From: Parcubacteria group bacterium | GTDB taxonomy: Bacteria > Patescibacteriota > Minisyncoccia > JACPHC01 | Direction of reading: 5' to 3' | Length of the DNA stretch: 64,000 nucleotides | Assembly: GCA_016188775.1 (NCBI GenBank) | Contig: JACPHC010000003.1 | Coordinates: 344 to 64,343, forward strand | Shown: piece after piece, positions 35,983 through 45,921 of the stretch | Numbering within the stretch: position 1 is the first letter of the stretch | Layout of the letters: every line of letters starts with the position of its first letter | Program-made: the position numbers and the translations under genes | Notes under the pieces: model-generated | The model's input: only the letters and a program-made list of their open reading frames with translations | Databases searched by the model: none | What the model was told of the DNA's origin: nothing

Positions 35983-36809
35983 ACTACTAATTTTATCCAA
36001 TCTTTTAAGCTTAAATTCTCCGGTCTTAATTTTGGATTAAGACCGGCTTTTTTTATCCAAATTTCAGTCTTTGCTTTATCCATACTTAAATTTTTTGAAA
36101 GCGTGTTTAAAATAGTTTTTCGTTTTCCTTGAAAAGCCGGCCGAGCGATTTTAAAAATTTTTTTTGTTTCCTTTTTTAAAGGTTTTTTAGTTTTAGGAAT
36201 AATTTTTAAAATCGCCGAATCCACTTTTGGCTGGGGCCAAAAAGAGCCTTTTTTCACATAATCCGCGATTTGGGCGTTAGCAAAAATTTGAACGCTCAAG
36301 GCTAATAAATTCATATCCGGCGGCCGAGCCAATATTCTTTGCCCCACTTCTTTTTGAACCATAATAATCATTTTTTGAGGCTGAAATTCGGAATCTAAAA
36401 ATTTTTGAATCACTCGTGAAGCGATATTGTAAGGCAAATTAGCCACCAGCGCGTAATTTTTCGCCAAATTAAGGCTTTGAATATCCAATTTCAAAATATC
36501 GGCCTGGATCAGCCGGATATTTTGAAGATTTTCTGATTCAAAAATGCCAGCGGCGATTTGAGCCAGTTGTTTATCTTTTTCAATCGCGACAACTTTTTTC
36601 GCTTTTCTCGCCAAAGCCACGGTCAAAGTTCCAAGACCGGCGCCTATTTCCAAAACTTCATCTTCCTTTTTTAAATCCGCGGCTTGAATAATTTTTTCTA
36701 AAACTCCGGGGTTAATTAAAAAATTCTGGCCTAAAGATTTCTTGGGATAAATATGATGTTGGGCTAAAATTTTTTTAATACTGACAGCCGAAAAAAAATT
36801 ATCACTCAT
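35961..36809 (-). CDS. ksgA: 16S rRNA (adenine1518/1519-N6)-dimethyltransferase
   Basis: SLGQNFL ... EIGAGLG ... NLPYNI motifs. Confidence 0.9.
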   Translation of the reverse strand: MSDNFFSAVSIKKILAQHHIYPKKSLGQNFLINPGVLEKIIQAADLKKEDEVLEIGAGLGTLTVALARKAKKVVAIEKDKQLAQIAAGIFESENLQNIRLIQADILKLDIQSLNLAKNYALVANLPYNIASRVIQKFLDSEFQPQKMIIMVQKEVGQRILARPPDMNLLALSVQIFANAQIADYVKKGSFWPQPKVDSAILKIIPKTKKPLKKETKKIFKIARPAFQGKRKTILNTLSKNLSMDKAKTEIWIKKAGLNPKLRPENLSLKDWIKLVVLRGLAS

Positions 36810-37005
36810 AAGACCTTTTGCGAAATAATTTTTCGTAACGAAATTCGCAAATTTCGAGCGAAAATTATGAAGAGCGACGAAGCGTATTTTAATTAAAATA
36901 CGTTGAGGAGCTCTGAATAATTTGTCTCCCTACGGGAGATCACCCGTAGGGTTGACACCCGAAATTTGAGAATTGGAGTAGAAAAGATTATTTTGCAAGA
37001 GGTCT
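36810..37005 (-). mobile_element. MITE-like element A, copy 3 (full length, with the internal hairpin). Its right end abuts the ksgA ATG; its left inverted repeat contributes the uvrD/pcrA stop codon.
   Basis: The reverse complement matches 7460-7612 and 6758-6921. Terminal inverted repeats are AGACCTCTTGCAAAATAAT / ATTATTTCGCAAAAGGTCT. Confidence 0.7.
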
Positions 37006-38938
37006 AAAAGATTATGATTTCTTCATTTTGTCCTACTCCTTCCGCTTCGTTAAATTCCACCAGATGTTCGGGAATATCGGCCAAAAACCTGGAAGGAGAA
37101 TTGATTGAATTTAGGCCGTAAAGAGTCCTGGAGCGGGTAAAAATCAAATGAAGCCTTTCTTTAGCCCGGGTCATTCCGACATAGCAAAGCCGTCTTTCTT
37201 CTTCAAGCTCGGCTGGATTCGTCAAACTGTCCCGCCAGGGAAGCAACCCTTCTTCGCAGCCGATAATAAAAACCGCCGGGAATTCCAGTCCTTTAGCCGC
37301 GTGGATGGTCATTAAACTGACCGCGTTTTTCTCGTCCATTTCGTCTCCGGAGCTAAAAAGCGAAACATGCGTTAAAAACTCCGGCAAAGTTTTTTGAGCC
37401 GGCTCATTGCCCCAATTTTTCGCCGCGCCCAAAAGTTCTTGAATATTTTCCCGGCGATCGTTATGACTCAACTCGGCCTCATTTTTTAAATAATCAAAAT
37501 AGCCGGTTTTCTCCATTATTAATTTGATCAAAGAATTGAGGCTTAAAGCCTCGCTTTCTTTTTTTAATTCTTCCATAAGAGAGAAAAAGCTTTTGACGTT
37601 TGAATTTAAATTCGCGGCTTCAATGAGCCCCTTTTGGAAAATCAGCTCTTGAGTTTTTTTGCCAATGCCCCTGGGAGGCGTATTGATAATTCTCAAAAGA
37701 GAAATTCTATCCGCTTCATTTTGAATGATTTTTAAATAAGACAAAGCGTCTTTAATTTCTTTTCGCGACCAAAATTTCACTCCGCCGATAATCCGATAAG
37801 GAATTTTTTCAGCTAAAAACGCTTCTTCCTGGGCCCGGGATTGAGCGTTAGTCCGGTAAAGCACGGCAAAATCTTTCGGTTTTAATTTATTTTCCCGCAT
37901 TAGATATTTTATTTCTTCCACCACCAGCCGAGCTTCGGATTTTTCCGTGGCCGCGCTGGAAATCAAAATCGGCTGGCCGGATTGATTGGAAGTCCAAAGA
38001 TTTTTGGGTTTTTGAAAAACATTTTTGGCAATAACGCCGGAAGCGGCCTCTAAAATATTTTGGGTCGACCGGTAATTCTCGTCCAAAAAAATCACTTTGG
38101 CATCCGGATAGTCGATTTCAAAATTTAAAATATTCCGGAAATCCGCGCCTCGAAAAGAATAAATTGCTTGAGCGTCGTCGCCGACAACGCAAACATTATT
38201 ATGATTTTGGCTCAGCAGCCGGATTAAAGCGTATTGGATAGAATTAGTATCTTGATACTCGTCGATTAAAATATAGCGAAATTGTTTTTGATATTGCGCT
38301 AACGTGGCGGGAAAATTTTGAAAAAGACTGACGGTTTTAACCAAAAGATCGTCAAAATCCAAAGCGTTATTTTCTTTCAGCTTTTCCTCGTAACGTTTAA
38401 AAATAAGCCCTAAAATTTTTTGAAAAACACTGGTTTGATTTTCCAGTTCGGAAAAAAATTTTTCTCCCCGAAGTTCGTTTTTAATGGAAGAAATTTTAGC
38501 CAAAACCGCGCCGGGGTTCCATGTTTTCGGATCGAGGTTTAATTCCTCAATCGTTTTTTTGATCAGGGCTTTGGAGTCATCGTCGTCATAAATAACAAAA
38601 TCTTGATTAAAACCGAGTTTGGATATTTCTCGACGAAGAATTTTGACGCCGAAAGCGTGAAAAGTGCCTAAATACGGCAAATGAAAATTTTGAAAACCGG
38701 AGTCGGTTTTCAATAAAAGATCGCGGATCCGATTTTTCATTTCTCCGGCCGCTTTATTGGTAAAAGTTAAAGCTAAAATATTTTCCGGTTTGGTTCCCTT
38801 TTTTAAAATATAGGCCAGACGATGGGTCAAGGTTTTGGTTTTGCCAGATCCAGCTCCGGCAATAATCAAAACCGGCCCTTGAGTGGCCAGAACCGCTTCT
38901 TTTTGCCTCGAATTTAATGATTCTAAAATAAAATCCAT
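37004..38938 (-). CDS. pcrA: ATP-dependent DNA helicase, UvrD/PcrA family
   Basis: Walker A GAGSGKTKTL plus UvrD-family helicase motifs throughout. Confidence 0.9.
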   Translation of the reverse strand: MDFILESLNSRQKEAVLATQGPVLIIAGAGSGKTKTLTHRLAYILKKGTKPENILALTFTNKAAGEMKNRIRDLLLKTDSGFQNFHLPYLGTFHAFGVKILRREISKLGFNQDFVIYDDDDSKALIKKTIEELNLDPKTWNPGAVLAKISSIKNELRGEKFFSELENQTSVFQKILGLIFKRYEEKLKENNALDFDDLLVKTVSLFQNFPATLAQYQKQFRYILIDEYQDTNSIQYALIRLLSQNHNNVCVVGDDAQAIYSFRGADFRNILNFEIDYPDAKVIFLDENYRSTQNILEAASGVIAKNVFQKPKNLWTSNQSGQPILISSAATEKSEARLVVEEIKYLMRENKLKPKDFAVLYRTNAQSRAQEEAFLAEKIPYRIIGGVKFWSRKEIKDALSYLKIIQNEADRISLLRIINTPPRGIGKKTQELIFQKGLIEAANLNSNVKSFFSLMEELKKESEALSLNSLIKLIMEKTGYFDYLKNEAELSHNDRRENIQELLGAAKNWGNEPAQKTLPEFLTHVSLFSSGDEMDEKNAVSLMTIHAAKGLEFPAVFIIGCEEGLLPWRDSLTNPAELEEERRLCYVGMTRAKERLHLIFTRSRTLYGLNSINSPSRFLADIPEHLVEFNEAEGVGQNEEIIIF

Positions 38939-38945
38939 GTTATTT

Positions 38946-40502
38946 TTAAGGCATCGCCAATTCTAGTATAAATTTAGTCCCTTTATCTATTCCTTCGGAC
39001 TCAAAAGAAAGACGGCCACTATGATGGTCAATGATAGTTTTGGCAAGAAAAAGACCGATGCCTGAACCTCTGGTATGCATCAAGGCAGCTCTTTGAGACC
39101 GAAAAAATTTTTGGAAAATATTAGGAATTTCGTCTTTGGCAATTCCAATGCCAAAGTCTTGAATAGAAATTATAAGTTTTTTAGTTTTATTATTGAAAAT
39201 AGCTGAAATTATGATCTTGCCGCCTTTATGACTGTAAAAAATAGCGTTATTCAGCAATACCTGGATAACGGTTTTGAGTCGCGTGAAATCGCCTCGAATT
39301 TCAGGAAGAACATCGAAAACATTTAAACTTAAATCAATTTTTTTCTCCTGGATAAAAGGCGCCGCATCAAGTAAAACATCTGTGATGATTTTTTTCATAT
39401 CAACAGGGCTCATTACGTATTCATATCCTTTTTCTTCCGCCAAAACAATTTCAAAAAGCACGTCGGTTAGTTGCGCCAATTCGTTATTTGAATTATTTAA
39501 AATAAAGATATTATTCATATCTTTATCTGTTAAGGCGCGGCCAACGCTAAAAGTATCAATCAACTCAGCAAGCATCCATTTCATCTCCGTGATTGGCGTT
39601 CTAAACCTATGAGATATTAAGGCTAAAAATTCACGTTTGGCTCGCTCGGTTTCCGTGGCTTTGCGATAGAAAAACCATCCAATCAAGAAAGCGAACATGC
39701 TGATTACCATTGGAGTGATCCAAGAATAAATGCCAATGCCCGCGAGCCAATTGTTTAAAAAGCCGAGACTTCCAATTATGAGACTGAGAATACCAATCGC
39801 GACGCCGGAAAAAAATGTTTTTTTGATCACGACTTTCACCTCCATCAATTGATGGGTAATAATAGCGTAAGTCATAATTATCGGATAAAATGGAATAGCA
39901 AAAGTACCCCACGGATAGACATCAAATCCAAATATGGGAAGGTAAGCAAGCGTTCCTCCGGAAAAACCGACAGCCGTGGCAAGAAAAAAATATTTAATTT
40001 GGTTTTGTTGAAAAGGAGACGTTTGGACGTAAGCTCGAATTAAAAGATAATGGCCATAAAAAACAAGAAACAACCACCATAAAAAATAAAAGTGATACAA
40101 AGGAAAATTGGCAGTTAAATAATAAAAAGAATTGAAAACGAAGCGGACAGGGTCAAAAAAATATTCAGTAAAAATAAGCGGAATGAAAAGCAGGGCAATT
40201 CCGTAATTTAAAAAAAGGAATAAAGTATTCTTCAGCCCTAAAAATACAAAAACAAATCGATAAAAAAGAGGCGCGATCCAAAGAACGCCGAAAATATAGG
40301 TAATTTGCCAGGCGAATAGAGCTGCTTCTGGCGAACTCGTATTCGTAGACCAGGCAACGCCAAATCCGTATATCGCAACGGAAATAGAAAAATAAAACCA
40401 AGCTCGATTTAATTTTTTTCTCGGGTTTTTGAAAAAAACAAAAAATCCGAGAGAAAAACAAGTAATTCCAGTCAGTAATCCCGCGATAGCGTAAGGATTC
40501 AT
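38946..40502 (-). CDS. Sensor histidine kinase with polytopic N-terminal membrane domain
   Basis: About eight TM helices, an H-box ISHRFRTP and an HATPase region ...RGSGIGLFLAKTII.... No response regulator is adjacent. Confidence 0.8.
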   Translation of the reverse strand: MNPYAIAGLLTGITCFSLGFFVFFKNPRKKLNRAWFYFSISVAIYGFGVAWSTNTSSPEAALFAWQITYIFGVLWIAPLFYRFVFVFLGLKNTLFLFLNYGIALLFIPLIFTEYFFDPVRFVFNSFYYLTANFPLYHFYFLWWLFLVFYGHYLLIRAYVQTSPFQQNQIKYFFLATAVGFSGGTLAYLPIFGFDVYPWGTFAIPFYPIIMTYAIITHQLMEVKVVIKKTFFSGVAIGILSLIIGSLGFLNNWLAGIGIYSWITPMVISMFAFLIGWFFYRKATETERAKREFLALISHRFRTPITEMKWMLAELIDTFSVGRALTDKDMNNIFILNNSNNELAQLTDVLFEIVLAEEKGYEYVMSPVDMKKIITDVLLDAAPFIQEKKIDLSLNVFDVLPEIRGDFTRLKTVIQVLLNNAIFYSHKGGKIIISAIFNNKTKKLIISIQDFGIGIAKDEIPNIFQKFFRSQRAALMHTRGSGIGLFLAKTIIDHHSGRLSFESEGIDKGTKFILELAMP

Positions 40503-40620
40503 GGTTTAACTTTTTATTAATTCTTTAATAATTATAATTATTTTAGCCGCTAAAATCTATGTTAAAAGATTACTACATTTTTAAAAAAATAACCAAATAA
40601 TACAAATACATAATAAAATA

Positions 40621-40690
40621 AAGAAATGGGGTATATTTTGCCACCTCACTGCTTCGCATGAGGATTCCGTCAAAATATACCCCATTTCTT
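40621..40690. repeat. Inverted repeat with 20-bp arms (AAGAAATGGGGTATATTTTG ... CAAAATATACCCCATTTCTT). Its right half is repeated at 41916-41957, flanking the M23 peptidase gene.
   Basis: Read directly from the sequence; the core CACTGCTTCGCATGAGGATTCCGTCAAAATATACCCCATTTCT is shared. Confidence 0.65.
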
Positions 40691-40715
40691 TATTTTATAA
40701 CTATTAGCTATTTTT

Positions 40716-41681
40716 TTATCTCACAAAAGGATTTCGGCCGCCCCGGACTTCAAAATGGACATGACAGCCGGTGGAATGGCCGGTAGAACCCATGTAAGCG
40801 ATAAGTTGGCCTTTCGTCACTTCGTCTTCTTCGTCAACCAATATTTTTTTATTATGGGCGTAAAGAGTCACCAGGCCGTTCGGGTGCTCTATTTTAATGT
40901 ATCGGCCATAGCCGCCATTCCAGCCTTTGGTAAAAGCGGCTAAAACCATACCGTCAGCCGCGGCGTAAATCGGAATATTTTCTTCATAGCAAGCGGAGTT
41001 GGAAATATCAACGGCGTTATAGCGATGCCATTGGCCCTGATTATAACTTGAACGAGTAGTGGGAAAAATAAAATACCCCCTAGTGTCCGTTAAAGGAGCT
41101 GAAACTGGCGTTTTTGGCCTGGGAGGCATATTTTGACTTAAAACGCTCGCTTTAACGCCATCCGGGACAATTAAAATATCGTCAATCTGAAGATTTTCCG
41201 GTTCAGTTAAAGCGTTAAAAGCGATAATAACTTCAATATTGGCTTTATATTTAGCCGCGATTTTTTCCACAGTGTCGCCAGCCGCGACAACATGCCGCAC
41301 CCCGGAAACCGGCAAAATAACCAGTTCGTCCCCAGGCTTAATAACCGCTGATTTTAAATTATTAGCCCAAATAATCGTGTTAACCGAGATATTAAACTCT
41401 TTAGCTATGCCGGAAAGAGTGTCTCCCGCCTTAACTTCATAAACAATTTCATCTTTTGGCAAAGGGCCGGGAGAAAGAACAGACAGTAAACTTGACCCAT
41501 TAGTGATTAAAAGATTTTCATTACTTAAAAAATCAGTTGTTTCATCGTTAAAAGCTAATAATTGAGGATTTAAAAATGACTGCCGACTGGAAAGCAGTTG
41601 TTCATTGCTATCTGGCCCGCCTAAAGAAGATAAAACTATAGCTTGAGCTAAGAATGGAAAAAGTTGGCTTAACAAAGCCAA
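40716..41681 (-). CDS. LysM-domain M23-family peptidoglycan metalloendopeptidase
   Basis: Two LysM repeats (DTLSGIAKEFNISVNTIIWANNL; DTVEKIAAKYKANIEVIIAFN) and the M23 motif GSTGHSTGCHVHFEV. Confidence 0.85.
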   Translation of the reverse strand: MALLSQLFPFLAQAIVLSSLGGPDSNEQLLSSRQSFLNPQLLAFNDETTDFLSNENLLITNGSSLLSVLSPGPLPKDEIVYEVKAGDTLSGIAKEFNISVNTIIWANNLKSAVIKPGDELVILPVSGVRHVVAAGDTVEKIAAKYKANIEVIIAFNALTEPENLQIDDILIVPDGVKASVLSQNMPPRPKTPVSAPLTDTRGYFIFPTTRSSYNQGQWHRYNAVDISNSACYEENIPIYAAADGMVLAAFTKGWNGGYGRYIKIEHPNGLVTLYAHNKKILVDEEDEVTKGQLIAYMGSTGHSTGCHVHFEVRGGRNPFVR

Positions 41682-41915
41682 TAATACCCCAACAAAAATT
41701 AAGGGCTTCCTAAGAAGCTGTTTTATTGGGCTGATTTTAATTGTTTTAATCGCTCTTTTAAGCTTTTTTGAGCCAAAAAAGCGGGCTAAACGCGTATTAA
41801 TAGATTTAAAAATGGCTTTAATAAGCCATTAATACACTGAATACTCTATTCGACTCTGTTAATGCCAGTTTAGCATCCTGATATTCACTGTCAAGTAATT
41901 TATCCACGCCTACTC

Positions 41916-41957
41916 ACTGCTCCGCATGAGAATTCCGTCAAAATATACCCCACTTCT
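41916..41957. repeat. Partial direct copy of the 40621-40690 repeat (CACTGCTCCGCATGAGAATTCCGTCAAAATATACCCCACTTCT)
   Basis: About 90% identical to the right half of the downstream repeat. Confidence 0.65.
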
Positions 41958-41974
41958 CTGTTGTTTTATTTAAC

Positions 41975-43975
41975 TCACCACAAAATTATTCTTAATTTTA
42001 CGCCAATGTTCTGAATTTTTTGCGGCTCAGCGTCTTTATATTTTTCTTCGCCGACGCCGCCAAAAATATTGATTTCTCCAATCGGCCTCTGCTTAATTTT
42101 ACTCAAAGCAAATTGATAACCCAGCGACCCTTCAATCAGTTCTTTGGACGGCTTGACTGTTTCAAGCGCGGAAAGTTCCTTCAGCCAGCTAATTTCGGAT
42201 TTAATCGGCCATTCAGTCAAACCGGCTTTGATTAAATAATTGCGTCCGTAATCAAGTTGCGCCAAAGCAGTTTCCAGATTTATCAACGTTCCTTCCCTGA
42301 CTTTATATTCTCCTCCGACGGCGATTTTTCTGAGGATTTCCTGAACCACGAAATCCTGATTTTGAAAATCATCAATCGTTCCGCGAAAAGCGTCTTGAGC
42401 TTCAACAAAGAATTTACCGGTTTCAGCCGGGCTAAGATAAATCAGCCGCGTCCCAAGTCCCGCCTCGCCTTTACCGCTGATTTTGGAAGCCGACATCCCT
42501 TGTTCCAAGAAATAGGCAATCCCGCTTTCCAAGGTCGCGCCGAAATTTAAAACGAATTTCCCATGTTCGCCTTTTGTCAATTTCTTTGACTCAATGTAAT
42601 TGGCCGCCAGGCGAGCCGCGATCGCGTCACGGGGAAAAAGTTTCGTTCCCATATCCTTGATATCAAAATGCATTATCGTTAAATCGGTTTCCGCGCCCAA
42701 TTTTTTATCTCCAAGCCGTAAACTGCCTCTAGCCGCGTTTAAATCTTCCAGAGAATTATAAACATTGCCCGAGTTTTGATAATTAACATAATAAAATCCG
42801 AGATGGTCGCGGCTGAATTCAATCTCTTTTGTTTCCGGGCTTAATTTGATTTCCAATTTCCTTTCCTTTTCTATTTTTCCAGCCTCCAATCTTTTCGATA
42901 ACTCTTTGCCTATTTCTTTAAATCCGGCCGCTTTTTCCATTATTTCCTGGGCGTAGCTTTTTACCGGAAACAAAACTTCCTTCGTGTCGCCGACAAAAGA
43001 ATTAAACAAAGCAATTTCTTTATTTCTCCTTTCTATTACTCCCAATGCTTCCTTGTAATTTAAAGTCCCGGTTGGAATTAAATTGCCATAGTCAATAAAG
43101 GCAATTTCTTTTTTATCTTCGCGTTCGACTATCGCGCCCATCCAGACATGTCCCGTTTGAGATGTAAAACCGCTTTGAAGCCAGGCCTCAATGCCCAAAT
43201 TCTCGGCGGCCTTGACCATAAAAGTATGAATATTGCCGCAGATGCCAGAAGGAGAGCCGTTCTTAATCGCGTTAAACATTTTTTCGTCCGAGACGACAAC
43301 ATGCTCATTATCTTGAAACATTTCGTAATTATACGTACTTCTCAAATCATTGCCGAGTCGCTGGAGAAAATATATCTTTTGTTCAGCGTTTAATTCGCCT
43401 GATTTTTCTTTCAGTTTTTCAAAAAAAGATTGGGACGATAGAGAATTTTGAACGCTTTCAACGTAAAATTTTGATGTTTTGTCTTTTTCTTGGACGGAAA
43501 AATCTCCGTAAAATTCGGTTTGATTTAAATCGGCGGCAACGGGTATTTCTTCCGCTTCAAATGTTTTTTTAGGAATATATGGCGTTTCATACGAAACATT
43601 GATTTCATTGACGATTTTTTTCCAATCAAATTCCGGTTCAAGTCGCGGCTGTTTTTTAAGAGCGAATTCCGCCGTTGGCTCGGCCGGAACTTCTTTAGGC
43701 GCGTATTTTTGATCCTCCTGCGCCCAAGCCATCTCCGCAAAAAGCGTTGAGGCTTGCAAGAGCAAACTAAAAGCCGCTATTGCCTTAGCTTTACGGCTCT
43801 TTTCGAGAACTTGGCCCGACAGATTTTCCAAAACTCGCGCTGCTTTCGCGAGAATCGAGAACTCTCCTTGCTTTAAAGATTCTATCGAATTTTCAACCAT
43901 GGCTTCTTTTTGTTCCGGTTGAGCTGAGCTCGACTCTTGTCGTTCAAATTTATAATGTTTTAATTCAGGATTCAT
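41975..43975 (-). CDS. Large hypothetical protein with a transglutaminase-like Cys/His core
   Basis: GICGNIHTFMVKAA ... GHVWMGAIV resembles the transglutaminase-like Cys/His arrangement; weak call. Confidence 0.4.
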   Translation of the reverse strand: MNPELKHYKFERQESSSAQPEQKEAMVENSIESLKQGEFSILAKAARVLENLSGQVLEKSRKAKAIAAFSLLLQASTLFAEMAWAQEDQKYAPKEVPAEPTAEFALKKQPRLEPEFDWKKIVNEINVSYETPYIPKKTFEAEEIPVAADLNQTEFYGDFSVQEKDKTSKFYVESVQNSLSSQSFFEKLKEKSGELNAEQKIYFLQRLGNDLRSTYNYEMFQDNEHVVVSDEKMFNAIKNGSPSGICGNIHTFMVKAAENLGIEAWLQSGFTSQTGHVWMGAIVEREDKKEIAFIDYGNLIPTGTLNYKEALGVIERRNKEIALFNSFVGDTKEVLFPVKSYAQEIMEKAAGFKEIGKELSKRLEAGKIEKERKLEIKLSPETKEIEFSRDHLGFYYVNYQNSGNVYNSLEDLNAARGSLRLGDKKLGAETDLTIMHFDIKDMGTKLFPRDAIAARLAANYIESKKLTKGEHGKFVLNFGATLESGIAYFLEQGMSASKISGKGEAGLGTRLIYLSPAETGKFFVEAQDAFRGTIDDFQNQDFVVQEILRKIAVGGEYKVREGTLINLETALAQLDYGRNYLIKAGLTEWPIKSEISWLKELSALETVKPSKELIEGSLGYQFALSKIKQRPIGEINIFGGVGEEKYKDAEPQKIQNIGVKLRIILW

Positions 43976-43981
43976 AATTCT

Positions 43982-44257
43982 TTATTTTTGATTCAAATCG
44001 GCTATTGTTTTTGTCAGTATTTTTTCTTCTTCATTTAAAATATCCGCGAGCTTCACGTGGCTTGACTGTTTAATGAAGTCTAATTTCGCGGCAAGAATCT
44101 CTTTAAAAACCGGCAAATATTCTGGAAATCCTTTCAAAATCAAAAAAAACGTTTGCCGTTCCGACGGAGCAAGTCGCGCTAAAAAAGAAAAAAGCTGCTT
44201 AATTTCTTCAGCCGAAAAACCCCGCTCCCCGCAAATTTTTTGCAGTTCTTTCCGCAT
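43982..44257 (-). CDS. Hypothetical protein (91 aa)
   Basis: ORF with consistent codon usage, directly upstream of the 41975 gene. Confidence 0.4.
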   Translation of the reverse strand: MRKELQKICGERGFSAEEIKQLFSFLARLAPSERQTFFLILKGFPEYLPVFKEILAAKLDFIKQSSHVKLADILNEEEKILTKTIADLNQK

Positions 44258-44298
44258 AAATTTATTTTACAATAATATAATAAAAAATGACAAACTAT

Positions 44299-44338
44299 TT
44301 CTACATATTTTCAAACGATCGTTTGAAAATATGTAGAA
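44299..44338. repeat. 40-bp perfect palindrome with CGATCG core (TTCTACATATTTTCAAACGATCGTTTGAAAATATGTAGAA)
   Basis: Second copy of the 32434 element. Confidence 0.75.
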
Positions 44339-44385
44339 GTTAAAATTTAAAACCCGAGTCCTTTATTCTCATCTATGTCTCTATA

Positions 44386-45921
44386 TCAAATTTTTTTTGG
44401 CCGATACTGGAAAGCTTCGGCTAAATGAGCGGCTGAAATCGCGTTCTGGCCGGCTAAATCGGCAATAGTTCTGGCTAGTCTCAAAATTCTGTGATAAGCC
44501 CGGCCGGAAAGCTGATAACGCTCAACCCCTTGACGCATAATTTTTTCGCCGGCTTCGTCTAGAACGCAATATTTTCTAATCATCGCTAAATTCATTTCGC
44601 TATTTAAACGAATGGGCTTTTTTTCATTTAAAAGCCGCTCTTTTTGAATCGTTCTGGCTTTTTCAATCCTTTTTCTAATTACCAAAGACGGCTCGGCAAC
44701 GGCTTTTTTCGCTAAAATATCATAAGGCAAACGAGGAACTGTTATGTGAAGATCAATTCGGTCTAAAAGCGGGCCGGAAATTCTTTTTTGATATCGGGAA
44801 ATTTCCCGAGGCGAGCATTTGCATTCCGTCCCGCCGTCATTCAAATTGCCGCAAGGACAGGGATTCATCGCTCCGACTAAAATAAACTTGGCTGGGAAAT
44901 TTATCGAACCCTGGGCTCTAGCCACGGTTATATTGCCTTCTTCCAAGGGCTGACGCAAACTTTCCAAAACATTTCTGGAAAATTCCGGAAATTCGTCCAG
45001 AAACAAAACGCCTCGATGGGCCAAAGTAATTTCGCCTGGCCTGGGATAACTGCCGCCGCCGACTAAAGCCGGCCCGGAAGCGCTGTGATGAGGCGAACGA
45101 AAAGGCGGAATGACCACCCTATTTCGATTTCCCAATAATCCGGCCACGCTGAAAATTTTAGTTGTTTCAATCATCTCTTGACTGACAAGTTTTGGCAAAA
45201 TCGAAGGCAAGGATTTGGCTAGCAGAGTTTTGCCGGATCCGGGCGGCCCGGTCATTAAAAGATTATGTCCGCCGGCCGCCGCGATTTCCAAAGCCCGTTT
45301 AGCTTGTTCTTGGCCGCTAATATAGGCCATATCCTGAACATTTTCATCTTCGTTTTCATCTCCCGTTTCAAAAAACGATTCATTTTTAACCGACGCTAAA
45401 TTCAACCGTCCCTCTAGCCAATCAATCAATTCAATTAAATTTTCAACCCCAAAAACATCAATCCCTTCAACTAAGGACGCTTCTCGGGCGTTTTCTTTGG
45501 GCAATATTAATTGTTTAATCCCGATTTTTTTAGCCAGCTCGGCCGCGGACAGCGCGCCGTAAATCGGCCGGATTTTTCCGTCCAGAGCCAGCTCGCCCAA
45601 AAACATCCGGCCTTGATGGTCAAATTTCGCCTGTTCCGAAGCTAAAAGATAACCTAAAGCGATGGGCAAATCATAAGCCGGGCCTTCTTTTCTAATGTCG
45701 GCCGGCGCCAAATTGACAATCACTCTTTGATTATTTTTATGCGGCGGCTTGGCGCCGATATGTTTAATGGCCGAAGCGATTCTTTCCCGAGATTCTTCAA
45801 TCGCTTTATCCGGCAGGCCGACAATATGAAAAACATGAAGCCCGGGAGTAATGTCAATCTCCACTTCGACCAGCTCGGCGTCTAAACCGACAATGGCGCT
45901 GGAAAAAATTTTTGCTAACAT
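44386..45921 (-). CDS. comM: Mg-chelatase-like AAA+ ATPase YifB/ComM
   Basis: N-terminal Lon-like domain, Walker A GPPGSGKT and a C-terminal ChlI-like domain; 511 aa. Confidence 0.9.
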   Translation of the reverse strand: MLAKIFSSAIVGLDAELVEVEIDITPGLHVFHIVGLPDKAIEESRERIASAIKHIGAKPPHKNNQRVIVNLAPADIRKEGPAYDLPIALGYLLASEQAKFDHQGRMFLGELALDGKIRPIYGALSAAELAKKIGIKQLILPKENAREASLVEGIDVFGVENLIELIDWLEGRLNLASVKNESFFETGDENEDENVQDMAYISGQEQAKRALEIAAAGGHNLLMTGPPGSGKTLLAKSLPSILPKLVSQEMIETTKIFSVAGLLGNRNRVVIPPFRSPHHSASGPALVGGGSYPRPGEITLAHRGVLFLDEFPEFSRNVLESLRQPLEEGNITVARAQGSINFPAKFILVGAMNPCPCGNLNDGGTECKCSPREISRYQKRISGPLLDRIDLHITVPRLPYDILAKKAVAEPSLVIRKRIEKARTIQKERLLNEKKPIRLNSEMNLAMIRKYCVLDEAGEKIMRQGVERYQLSGRAYHRILRLARTIADLAGQNAISAAHLAEAFQYRPKKI

